60,063 bases of DNA from an uncultured Puniceicoccaceae bacterium. Lineage in GTDB: Bacteria > Verrucomicrobiota > Verrucomicrobiia > Opitutales > Coraliomargaritaceae. The position numbers and the translations under genes were made by a program. The stretch spans positions 1 through 60,063 of the forward strand of contig CAWVTP010000001.1 in assembly GCA_963933035.1 (NCBI GenBank). Reading direction: 5' to 3'. Below, in pieces: positions 52,068 through 60,063 of this stretch (its first letter is position 1; each line of letters starts with the position of its first letter). Below the pieces are notes generated by a model that saw nothing but the letters and a program-made list of their open reading frames with translations, did no database searches and was not told where the DNA came from.

Positions 52068-52286
52068 CCGGCCTAGCCGGCGACCGCTAATGCTCGATGT
52101 TGGAAAACGATATTAAACATTACCGTTAAAACAGTATTTCTATTAGCATAGATGAGCGCACATAAGCGGTGTCCAGCTGTGCTGGATTGACGGCATTTTT
52201 GTCTATTTTGGACGTTTTTTTTTGAGCGCAATAAATTTCATTAAATTTCTCCTATTTAGTACCTTATGGTAAAAGCATGAAAACTT
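52068..52286 (+). repeat. left copy of a ~219-bp direct repeat
   Basis: 52068-52214 aligns to 55245-55391 without indels, with 6 mismatches in 147 nt by my count. The next ~70 nt are more diverged, and both copies end in AAAAGCATGAAAACTT. Confidence 0.9.
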
Positions 52287-52329
52287 GGACAGGCCCCTTC
52301 AGTACTCGTTCTTTTTGGGCATGGTTCAC

Positions 52330-53427
52330 TTAATCTTTTGATTCGTTGTGCAGCGCTGCATGCATGTAGAAATAAGCTTCGGCGTTGATGGATTTTATTC
52401 CGTCGAGCCAGCTTAGATCGCGGCCGTTGAGGCTGGCGGCTTTGAGTGCTTCGAGTTGCGCTGGGGTTTGCTCGTAGCGGACGAGGTCTTTGCCATTTTT
52501 TATAGCCGTCGTGAGGTAAGCTGTTCTGGCTGCGAGGGTGCGCTGGTCGTTTGGTTTAAAGTTTGGCCATGTGAGGTGCCCCTTAAGTTTTCCAAATCCA
52601 TCCAACAACAAATCTGTATCTTTGTAGGCCTGTTGTATCTTAGGCTTGGTGGCGATGATACCGATGGAGGCATTGAATGTGTCTTCGAGGGATTCATCTC
52701 TGCTAACTTTGCGGCCGAGTGTTTCTTCGCGGTAGGCGGCCTCTTGCTCCTGCACTTCGTTGTAGGTCTTGGCAACGGCTGCGAAATCTTCGGCATGCTC
52801 GAAGAGAATGCCCACATCGAAGAGCTGTTTGGCGACCTGCATGACTTCGCCGACGGTGCCATCGTCTTTCCTCAGCGGCACTCCGGTGGTTGTCGGCGCA
52901 AAGGCCGTGAGCTTGTCGCCAAGGAGGCTTTCAATTGTGGGCAGCTCGACTTCGATCTCTTCTTCGGGTGTTAAGAAGGATGTTTGGATTGGTTTCTTAG
53001 TGCAGCCGTGGACGATGTCTTGCTCCTGCACCACATCGAGTAGCACCGCACTCTTGCTTCTGGTGTCGAAGGGAGAGTTGAAGAAGAATTTGAAATGCCG
53101 CCGCTGTGGAAGGCCCCGTGCGCCGCGATCATCTTCTTCGTGGCCGATGAAGGGAGTTGTCTGCCCGATTTGGGCGACGACGCGCTCCAGTTCGGCATCT
53201 CCGGCGGGGCTGACTATATCGATGTCAATCGAGAGCCGCTGGATCTTTGGTAGGTGGAGCATCAAGCTGGTGCCACCCTTGAAGATGAAGGGTAGCCCGC
53301 TGCGGCTGAGCTGCCCAAGCAGGGTCAGGGCGTAGATTGACTTTTCCAGCAGGGCTGGATCGCAGTTTCCCAAGCCCTTTCGCTGCTGGTTAATCCAGCC
53401 TTTCTCGTAAACTTCAGGGTGAAACAT
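52330..53427 (-). CDS. nucleotidyltransferase AbiEii/AbiGii toxin family (DUF1814)
   Basis: FKGGTSLMLHL...RLSIDIDIV nucleotidyltransferase motif; 365 aa. Follows an AbiEi-like gene. Confidence 0.85.
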   Translation of the reverse strand: MFHPEVYEKGWINQQRKGLGNCDPALLEKSIYALTLLGQLSRSGLPFIFKGGTSLMLHLPKIQRLSIDIDIVSPAGDAELERVVAQIGQTTPFIGHEEDDRGARGLPQRRHFKFFFNSPFDTRSKSAVLLDVVQEQDIVHGCTKKPIQTSFLTPEEEIEVELPTIESLLGDKLTAFAPTTTGVPLRKDDGTVGEVMQVAKQLFDVGILFEHAEDFAAVAKTYNEVQEQEAAYREETLGRKVSRDESLEDTFNASIGIIATKPKIQQAYKDTDLLLDGFGKLKGHLTWPNFKPNDQRTLAARTAYLTTAIKNGKDLVRYEQTPAQLEALKAASLNGRDLSWLDGIKSINAEAYFYMHAALHNESKD

Positions 53428-53468
53428 GGGGCATATTTATTGAGTTAACTATTGTCACTATAGCGCGT

Positions 53469-54188
53469 CTAGTGACGTTGGTTAACTGATAAAAATTCTT
53501 CGATTTTGACCTTCCTACTCTCTGCATAGCGTTGCATTCCTGATACTTGCATTAGATTTGAATGAATTGATTTCTTGGCGGCGTCTCGCGCCTCGCTGCT
53601 GTCCATGAGGCCGCAGTGCGGGTTTTCCGACAGTAGATCGACGAGCATTTGCTCGATGGGCGCTTGCCGCTTCTCCGCAGCAGGCTGACGGCTGAGCGTC
53701 GGGCGAAGCACGACCATCTTCTCGCCGGGGCGGACCACTTGACGGGCTGCGCTGGGTGGTGGATCGATAGCGACCTCCCAACCGCTATCGCGAAGCGTGT
53801 CGCCGATGGTTTCGAGCGCATCCTTGGGTGCATTGAGGAAATGAACGGGCTGGGCCAGCAGATGGTGCATCCACGGATTAAGTTGGGTGGTGCTCCAGAC
53901 GGAAAAATCCAGCAAGGGAAAAGCCTTCTCCACGGCGCGGATCAACTTCGCAACCTGTTTCGAATCAATCTGAGCAGGTTCGCTGAGACGGGAATACCAG
54001 TCCCGCCCTGCATCGTGAATGATGCCTCGATGCACCGCCTCATTGATGTATTGCTTGAGGGAGCCGTCAGTGATTTCAAGCTCGGCTTCATTGACAGCCG
54101 TCTGGATGGCCGAGAAGCGGAAATAGCTGTGCGCCTCCTTGAGCTTGGGAAGCAGGTTTTCGAAGAATCTATCCTTGTTTGAAGACAT
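53469..54188 (-). CDS. AbiEi-like antitoxin / transcriptional regulator
   Basis: 239 aa. N-terminal wHTH-like segment ending LKQYINEAVHRGIIHDAGRDWYS (resembles the AbiEi ..G.l.r..rG.Y pattern). Lies 41 nt upstream of the AbiEii gene. Confidence 0.6.
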   Translation of the reverse strand: MSSNKDRFFENLLPKLKEAHSYFRFSAIQTAVNEAELEITDGSLKQYINEAVHRGIIHDAGRDWYSRLSEPAQIDSKQVAKLIRAVEKAFPLLDFSVWSTTQLNPWMHHLLAQPVHFLNAPKDALETIGDTLRDSGWEVAIDPPPSAARQVVRPGEKMVVLRPTLSRQPAAEKRQAPIEQMLVDLLSENPHCGLMDSSEARDAAKKSIHSNLMQVSGMQRYAESRKVKIEEFLSVNQRH

Positions 54189-54213
54189 CGTGCTAGTACG
54201 ATATTTACCAGTG

Positions 54214-54754
54214 TTATGATTCTGAATTTAACAGAGCCTCTTCAATCAGGTTCTTCGCGTTAACGGTAAGCCGTTTCGTTTCAAAGATCTCTAAGATACG
54301 TTTACAATGCTCAGCCAAGTGGAATGCACAAGCGTATAATTCCAAGTCCTCAGCCTTTAGGCCCGATCCAGTTTTGGCTGCGGCGAAACTCACCTGGAGT
54401 CTTGGTGCATTCACCACCTCGGACATCTTTGAGCAGGATCTCATGCAGCTCTTTGATCAGACGAGTGGAAATCGGAAGCTCAGCAATACGCTGGAGGCCG
54501 TATTCGAGAGCTCGGACGTAGTTGGCCACTTCGCGCACGTCGGAAACAGGCTCGTCATCTTCGTCTTCTTGCTCGAAGAGTGCGAGTTGCCCCATATCCG
54601 CATGGGTGTCTTCAATGCGCGAACTCAGGATCGCCTCGCGTCGTAAATAAGGCCGTATCAGTAGGTGCGGATTTGGGAGAAGTTGACCTGCGCCGGAGAG
54701 TTCGCCCAATGCCTGATCGGCCTCGGAAATCAGCCGAATCAAGTTCCAGTCCAA
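54214..54754 (-). pseudogene. fic: decayed Fic-family gene (Fic_N part intact, frameshift, HPFxxGNGR core missing)
   Basis: ORF 54350..54754 encodes a Fic_N-like segment (LLPNPHLLIRPYLRREAILSSRIEDT...PGEFRRSQNWIG) and then stops. A second frame (54214..54444) adds only ~50 aa. No HPFxxGNGR motif is present in any frame. Confidence 0.7.
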
Positions 54755-55244
54755 GCTTAGATCTGGCGGGAGCGGAGCAGGTGTATAAGAAAATAGCCTT
54801 CAAGTGCCTTATGGCAGTTTCCTGGGCTTTTCGCAGTAAATTGATCAGGGCTCATCGCGGTTTAGAGGCATTTGGCGTAAATAAACGGGTTTTTATTTTT
54901 GTTTAATTGATTTCGCAATAATAAAGAGAGCCTTGTTTCTGCGAAAAGGAGCTAATCGATGTTGGGCTAAATGACTTTCCAGCGAATAGTGAAGCGTGTT
55001 TCGGATTCGGTATTTTTGTGTGAGCTTGGTTTCGCGAAATCGATGACATCGGTGGTAGCTTTTTGCCTTCCATTGCGACGGCATAATCAATGTGAGCAAA
55101 TCGTTGATTTCGGTGCAGTACTCTCACAGAGTAGGATTTCGCTTTTAAGTCGTCCAGGAGTAACTGAATCTTCTCAGTCTCATCTAATTCTCGTAGCATG
55201 AGCACAAGCATACCTAGGGGCAGGTTCTTATGCCCCATTGAGAA

Positions 55245-55459
55245 CCGGTCTGGCCGGCGACCGCTGATGCTCGATGTTGGAAAACGATATTAAACATTAC
55301 CGTTAAAACAGTATTTTTATTAGCATAGATGAGCGCACATAAGCGCTGTCCAGCTGTGCTGGATTGACGGCAGTTTTGTCTATTTTGGACGATTTTCTGA
55401 ACGCAATGTATTTGATAATATACTCATTTTTAGTTTCTTGTGGAAAAGCATGAAAACTT
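55245..55459 (+). repeat. right copy of the ~219-bp direct repeat, immediately upstream of hsdR
   Basis: See the left copy. Ends 98 nt before the hsdR start codon. Confidence 0.9.
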
Positions 55460-55557
55460 TTCTGTAGTCCTATTGTCGCTTAAATCCTGGCTCGTAATTA
55501 CTCCGCAAAGGATAACATTAACCTTTACGAAAATCTAACGGCCCATAAAAAGGAGGC

Positions 55558-58500
55558 GTGTTATTCAACGAAGATTCCAGAGTTAAAATCCCGGCCCTGC
55601 TACACCTAACACGCTTAGGATACCGCTACCTCTCACTGAAAGGCGCTGACTGGGACCCTAGCTGCAACATCTTTCCCGGGCTATTCAAAGAGGCACTCAG
55701 ACGTATCAACCCGGATCCGAATCCCGATGAGATTGAACGCACACTCCGCGAGATTAACCTCTCACTAGATAATGAGGACCTGGGCCGCGCTTTCTACAAG
55801 CGCCTGCTGGAGAAGCCTGGCCTCCGACTCATCGACTTTGATAACTTCGATAACAACAGCTTCCACGTTGTCACCGAGCTCCCCTGCATCAACGAAGACG
55901 AAGAGTTCCGCCCAGACATCACACTGTTGATCAACGGCATGCCGCTCGTCTTCATCGAGGTCAAAAAGCCCAACAATCGCGAAGGCATCCTCGCAGAGCG
56001 CAAACGGATAAACACCCGCTTTCAGAATCCCAAATTCCGCCGCTTCATCAACATCACCCAGCTGATGGTCTTCTCCAATAATATGGAGTATGACGACAGC
56101 TCGCCGGAACCACTCGAAGGTGCATTCTACGCAACGACCGCCCAGAAGGAGCCCACGTTCAACTACTTCCGCGAAGAGCCTGACTCTGCCCTGCCTGCAC
56201 TTCAGAACCTGCATCCGGATGCCGAGGCTGGGATTCTTTGCGATAACAATCTTCAGTCGATCCAGCACACCGCAGAGTTCGCCACCAATAAGGATCCGAA
56301 CTCACCGACAAATCGCATCTGTACCTCGCTATTCAGCCGAGAGCGCCTCGCCTTTTTGCTTCGCTACGGCTTCGCCTATGTTCGCGCCGAGCATGGCTTG
56401 AAAAAACACATCATGCGCTACCCGCAGCTGTTTGCGACCAAGGCGATTGAAGCTCATCTGGAGGCTGATAAACGCAGCGGTATCATTTGGCACACCCAAG
56501 GCAGTGGCAAGACCGCCCTCGCCTACTACAACGTCAAGCACCTAAAGGACTACTACACAAAACGGAAGGTCATTCCTAAGTTCTACTTCATAGTCGACCG
56601 CCTTGATTTGCTCATTCAGGCCGCCCGCGAATTCCGCAGTCGTGGCCTGACGGTGCATGAGGTCAACTCTCGCGAAGAGTTTGCAAATGACATCCGATCC
56701 ACCGCCGCGATTCACAACAATCACGGCCAAATCGAAATCACGGTCGTCAATATACAGAAATTCGAGAACGACCCCAAGGTCGCCCGCAGCAACGATTATA
56801 ACATCGACCTCCAGCGCGTCTACTTCCTCGACGAAGTTCATCGCAGCTACAATCCCAAGGGCAGCTTCCTGGCCAACCTCAAGGAGTCCGACCCCAACGC
56901 CATCCGCATCGGCCTCACCGGCACACCGCTCCTTGGTGACGCCTACAACTCCAAATCCCTCTTCGGCGGTTATATCCACAAATACTATTACAACGCCTCA
57001 ATCAAAGACGGCTACACCCTCCGCCTTATCCGCGAAGATATTGAGACTGAATACAAGCTGACACTCGCCAAAACCTTAGAGGAAATCAATCTGCTCAAGG
57101 GCAGCGGCAATCGTGAGTTCGTTTACGCACACCCGAAATTCGTCGAGCCCATGCTCGATTACATTATTAAAGATTTTGAGAATGCCCGCCTCACTCAAAA
57201 CGACACCAGTATCGGCGCGATGGTCATCTGCGATTCCGCAGCCCAAGCCAAGGAGATGGCCAAAATCTTCGAGGCCAAATACATGCCGAAAAGTGCTCAC
57301 ATCGATAAGCCGTTACCATTTATTGCTCCGGAAGATCTTAAAGCGGCTGAAGGCAGTCCGGGCGCTTACAACTTGCAGCAGCAGGCCAAACGAGCAGTCG
57401 ACTCTTACGCATTGATCCTGCACGACGTCGGTACCAAGCAAGAGCGCAAGGATAAGGTCGAAGACTTTAAGGAAGGCAAAATCGACATCCTATTTGTCTT
57501 CAACATGCTTCTCACCGGCTTCGATGCGCCGCGTCTCAAGAAGCTCTACCTCGGCCGCGTCATAAAAGCGCACAACCTCCTGCAGGCGCTCACCCGTGTC
57601 AATCGCACCTACAAAGACTTCCGCTACGGCACCATCGTTGACTTCGCTGACATCGAATCCGAGTTCGAAAAGACCAACCAAGCCTATTTTGACGAGCTTC
57701 AGTCCGAACTGGGCGACGAGCTGGAGAGCTACTCCGATCTCTTCAAAACCGAAGCCGAGATCGAAACCGAGATCGAGCAGATCAAGGACACTCTCTGGCA
57801 CTACGACACCCAAAATGCGGAGGCTTTCTCCCAGCAGATTACACAAATTCAAGACCGCGCCCAGATGCTGGAGATCGTCAAAGCCCTCCAAGGCGCACGC
57901 GAACTCTACAACCTCATACGCCAGTCCGGACGCTATGAACTGCTCGAGAAGCTCGATTTTAAAAAGCTCAACACCCTTGCTCGCGTAGCAAATGAACGAC
58001 TTTCGCTGATCAACCAGAAGATCGCCCTCGAAGACGGCCACGATAATACTAATATCCTCAACGTCGCCCTCGAAGACGTGCTCTTCACCTTCCGCAAGGT
58101 CAACGAAGAGGAGCTCCGCATCGCCGACGAACTCAAAGACCAGCTCCGCAAGACCCGCGAAACCCTCGGCGGCAACTTCGACCCGCGCGATCCCGAATTC
58201 ATTTCCCTCAAGGAAGAACTCGAGCGCCTCTTCAAAAAGAAGAACCTCAGTGAAGTCACCAAAAAGGAGATGGCGTCCAACATCGAAGCGCTCAACTCCC
58301 TCGAAGCCAAAGCCCGCGAGCTCAACCGCGAAAACGAACTGCTTCGCGCCAAATACGCCAACGACGCCAAATACGCACGCCTGCACAAGCGTCTACTGGA
58401 AAAATACCCGCTCACGGACAAAGAACGCAAACTCTGCGAAGCTCTCAATGCGCTCAAAGCGCACATCGACGCCAAAGTTAAGCAGAACGCCCAACTCCTC

Positions 58501-58659
58501 GAAAACGACGGCTACGCCCAGAGCGAACTCCTCCGCCTCTCTGTCGAGCAGCTCAAAAAAGCCCACGACTTCGACTTCAACGCCACCGACCTCAAGGCCA
58601 TCAATCGCCTGATCATGAAAGAATACCTCGACGAGTTTAACGGAAAGGTACCCGCGTAG
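55558..58659 (+). CDS. hsdR: type I restriction endonuclease subunit R
   Basis: N-terminal PD-(D/E)xK nuclease (RPDITLLINGMPLVFIEVKK) and SF2 helicase motifs (HTQGSGKTALAY, FLDEVHRS, GLTGTP, QALTRVNR), with a long helical C-terminus. GTG start sits 1 nt after AGGAGG, so the exact start is uncertain. Confidence 0.92.
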   Translation: MLFNEDSRVKIPALLHLTRLGYRYLSLKGADWDPSCNIFPGLFKEALRRINPDPNPDEIERTLREINLSLDNEDLGRAFYKRLLEKPGLRLIDFDNFDNNSFHVVTELPCINEDEEFRPDITLLINGMPLVFIEVKKPNNREGILAERKRINTRFQNPKFRRFINITQLMVFSNNMEYDDSSPEPLEGAFYATTAQKEPTFNYFREEPDSALPALQNLHPDAEAGILCDNNLQSIQHTAEFATNKDPNSPTNRICTSLFSRERLAFLLRYGFAYVRAEHGLKKHIMRYPQLFATKAIEAHLEADKRSGIIWHTQGSGKTALAYYNVKHLKDYYTKRKVIPKFYFIVDRLDLLIQAAREFRSRGLTVHEVNSREEFANDIRSTAAIHNNHGQIEITVVNIQKFENDPKVARSNDYNIDLQRVYFLDEVHRSYNPKGSFLANLKESDPNAIRIGLTGTPLLGDAYNSKSLFGGYIHKYYYNASIKDGYTLRLIREDIETEYKLTLAKTLEEINLLKGSGNREFVYAHPKFVEPMLDYIIKDFENARLTQNDTSIGAMVICDSAAQAKEMAKIFEAKYMPKSAHIDKPLPFIAPEDLKAAEGSPGAYNLQQQAKRAVDSYALILHDVGTKQERKDKVEDFKEGKIDILFVFNMLLTGFDAPRLKKLYLGRVIKAHNLLQALTRVNRTYKDFRYGTIVDFADIESEFEKTNQAYFDELQSELGDELESYSDLFKTEAEIETEIEQIKDTLWHYDTQNAEAFSQQITQIQDRAQMLEIVKALQGARELYNLIRQSGRYELLEKLDFKKLNTLARVANERLSLINQKIALEDGHDNTNILNVALEDVLFTFRKVNEEELRIADELKDQLRKTRETLGGNFDPRDPEFISLKEELERLFKKKNLSEVTKKEMASNIEALNSLEAKARELNRENELLRAKYANDAKYARLHKRLLEKYPLTDKERKLCEALNALKAHIDAKVKQNAQLLENDGYAQSELLRLSVEQLKKAHDFDFNATDLKAINRLIMKEYLDEFNGKVPA

Positions 58660-58978
58660 TTCGACGGAGCTTGCCACGAGTGATGCCACTGTTCAGCTTC
58701 ATGCCCATCATTCGCGCCATGCACCTTGTTCCACCCATCCGAAAAATGCACATATTAGGCGCGTTTTTTAATTTCACCGTGAGCGAATCAGCGAAAAATA
58801 GTAAAAAGCACCCAAGTAATTTGTCAGACATGTCATACATCTCGGTATTGACAAATCATACTTTTTCCTACTTTGTATATCCAACAACACCCCTCACGCC
58901 TATCCACGATGCGCACCAGAGGGGTTACTCGTATCTAAGGGGCACGTTCCCGATTTTTGGTAGAAAGCGAAGTGCGCA

Positions 58979-59887
58979 TTGAGTAAACAACTCATTGACT
59001 ATCATGCTCAGTTAGAGCGCCTCAAAGCTCGAGGCTTACAGGTCCGCGATGAGCCTTTCGCGCTACATTGCCTTGCGCATCACAACGACTACAGGCTGTC
59101 CGCATATAGTTTTCCGTTCACCATTCAGGGCGATCCGGATACCTTTCTGCCTGGAACAGGCTTTGAGCAAATATGGGAACTCTACAACTTCGACTGCGAA
59201 CTTCGCAAATTGATCATCGAAGCCTGCAAGCACGTCGAGATTTCCGTTCGCTCCCGCTGGGCCTATGAAGTGGGGCGCCAACTAGGGCCGCAAGCCTACG
59301 AAGACCCCACGAACTTCCCGCGTTTCAGAGACCATGCGGGTTCACTGCAAAAGCTTGACGATGAAATAACCCGCTCACGCGAGACTTTCATCACACATTA
59401 TCAGACCAATTACCAAACCGCTCGTCCCGAGGTCTGGGTCATGATTGAAGTTGCTTCCTTTGGTACCATTTCAAAACTCCTCAAGTTTACCCATCCGCCT
59501 CGCTTACGTCAGGACATCGCAGACAGCTACCAGCTTGACGAGAAAACACTCTGCTCACTGTTCCACCACCTGAGTATTCTCCGTAACACAGCTGCACATC
59601 ACAGCCGCATCTGGAACCGCAAATTCACTTTTCAGGTTCAATTACCGCGCAGAAAACCCGCAGGGCTTTATCCCAACTTTTATGAGACAGCAGCCGATAG
59701 AGAGAGCAGTACACGCAAAATCTACAATACCCTGGTGCTACTCATTCACTGCCTACAAATCATCGAGCCACGCGGCGACTGGCCACAGCGCTTGCAGGCA
59801 CACTTGCAAACCCTTCCGCCAAATCGACTGCCTGACATGGGCTTTCCTGCCGACTGGCAACAACGCCCCATCTGGGAAAACCTTTAA
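58979..59887 (+). CDS. Abi_2 (AbiD/AbiF-like) abortive-infection protein with HEPN Rx4H motif
   Basis: N-terminal QLERLKARGLQV..E..A...L...NDYRLSAY pattern of the Abi_2 family. RNTAAH (R202-H207, nt 59582-59599) matches the HEPN Rx4-6H motif. TTG start. Confidence 0.8.
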   Translation: MSKQLIDYHAQLERLKARGLQVRDEPFALHCLAHHNDYRLSAYSFPFTIQGDPDTFLPGTGFEQIWELYNFDCELRKLIIEACKHVEISVRSRWAYEVGRQLGPQAYEDPTNFPRFRDHAGSLQKLDDEITRSRETFITHYQTNYQTARPEVWVMIEVASFGTISKLLKFTHPPRLRQDIADSYQLDEKTLCSLFHHLSILRNTAAHHSRIWNRKFTFQVQLPRRKPAGLYPNFYETAADRESSTRKIYNTLVLLIHCLQIIEPRGDWPQRLQAHLQTLPPNRLPDMGFPADWQQRPIWENL

Positions 59888-60063
59888 ATCGCCACCACGC
59901 ACTCTGTGCTTAAACAAATTTCTTAATTCTAGTTTCCTAATTCTTAATTCCACACCGTGACCACACTCCAATTTCAAACCGACGCCAAAGCGCTGATCGA
60001 CGATCTCAAGCCCATCTTTAACAATTCGCTTCTAAAACAAGCAAAAAATTGATTAATTTTGCT

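Larger units (their letters stand above)
52068..55459. mobile_element. direct-repeat-bounded accessory cassette (AbiE pair + decayed fic), no recombinase gene inside
   Basis: Same-orientation repeats at both ends. The content is entirely accessory or defence-type. It sits exactly between exbD (core) and hsdR. Confidence 0.35.

Noticed and set aside
52456-54182. Plus-strand ORFs 52456..52974, 52769..53335 and 53649..54182
   Set aside because: They lie antisense to the abiEii and abiEi genes, whose motifs are clear. The products are low-complexity.
55765-58751. Minus-strand ORFs inside hsdR (55765..56268, 56542..56979, 57490..58386, 57933..58475 and others)
   Set aside because: These are artefacts of GC3-rich codon usage on the sense strand. 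The products are repetitive (E/V/F/G or S/R/L-rich) and hsdR motifs are continuous on the plus strand.
58671-58982. 103-aa ORF filling the hsdR-abi gap
   Set aside because: AT-rich sequence with no ribosome-binding context and an implausible composition (F/P/H/S-rich). Treated as an intergenic or promoter region of the Abi_2 gene.
59920-60063. Two copies of TTCTTAATTC 21 nt apart, followed by a 31-codon GTG ORF at the window edge
   Set aside because: The repeat is short and AT-rich. The ORF terminates inside the window and shows no hsdM/hsdS signature. It cannot be interpreted without downstream sequence.

Overview
Bacterial chromosomal window, roughly half G+C by eye, densely coding on both strands. 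I recognised no rRNA, CRISPR array, transposase or integrase. Gene content (LL-diaminopimelate aminotransferase route, a DUF1549/DUF1553 protein, XylR/AraC hybrid regulators, weak Shine-Dalgarno signals) suggests a Verrucomicrobia/PVC-type genome; this is inference only. Core genes recognised from motifs: cstA, rho, ECF sigma plus ZAS anti-sigma, gpmI, CaCA antiporter, ileS-dksA-like-lspA, galT-galE-galK, gmd-fcl, dapL, panC-nadB-panE, yebC, cysH, uppS-cdsA-dxr, a Y-family polymerase, an nfeD-nfeD-floA operon, tRNA-Leu, sufS-sufU, recN and two exbD. Accessory or unusual parts: (1) An ars operon at 3.4-6.1 kb: arsR, a 56-aa CC..CC ORF missing from the track, an arsP-like permease, arsC and an aquaporin. 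(2) An AT-richer three-gene operon at 20.6-23.6 kb (STAND-like P-loop NTPase, coiled-coil 2-TM protein, HDOD protein) wedged between two sugar units. This is my best candidate for an undescribed system. (3) A defence island from 52 kb to the window end: an AbiEii/AbiEi pair and a decayed fic inside a cassette bounded by ~219-bp direct repeats, then an hsdR with no hsdM/hsdS in view and an Abi_2/HEPN gene. (4) Non-coding oddities: a 274-nt rod-like palindrome at 34.6 kb, two gapless ~200-nt paralogous small-ORF elements at 15.8 and 29.3 kb, a tRNA-Leu whose anticodon reads AAG, and a GAAC-N7-GAAC palindrome in front of the Y-family polymerase. All functional calls rest on motif recognition by eye; no searches were run.
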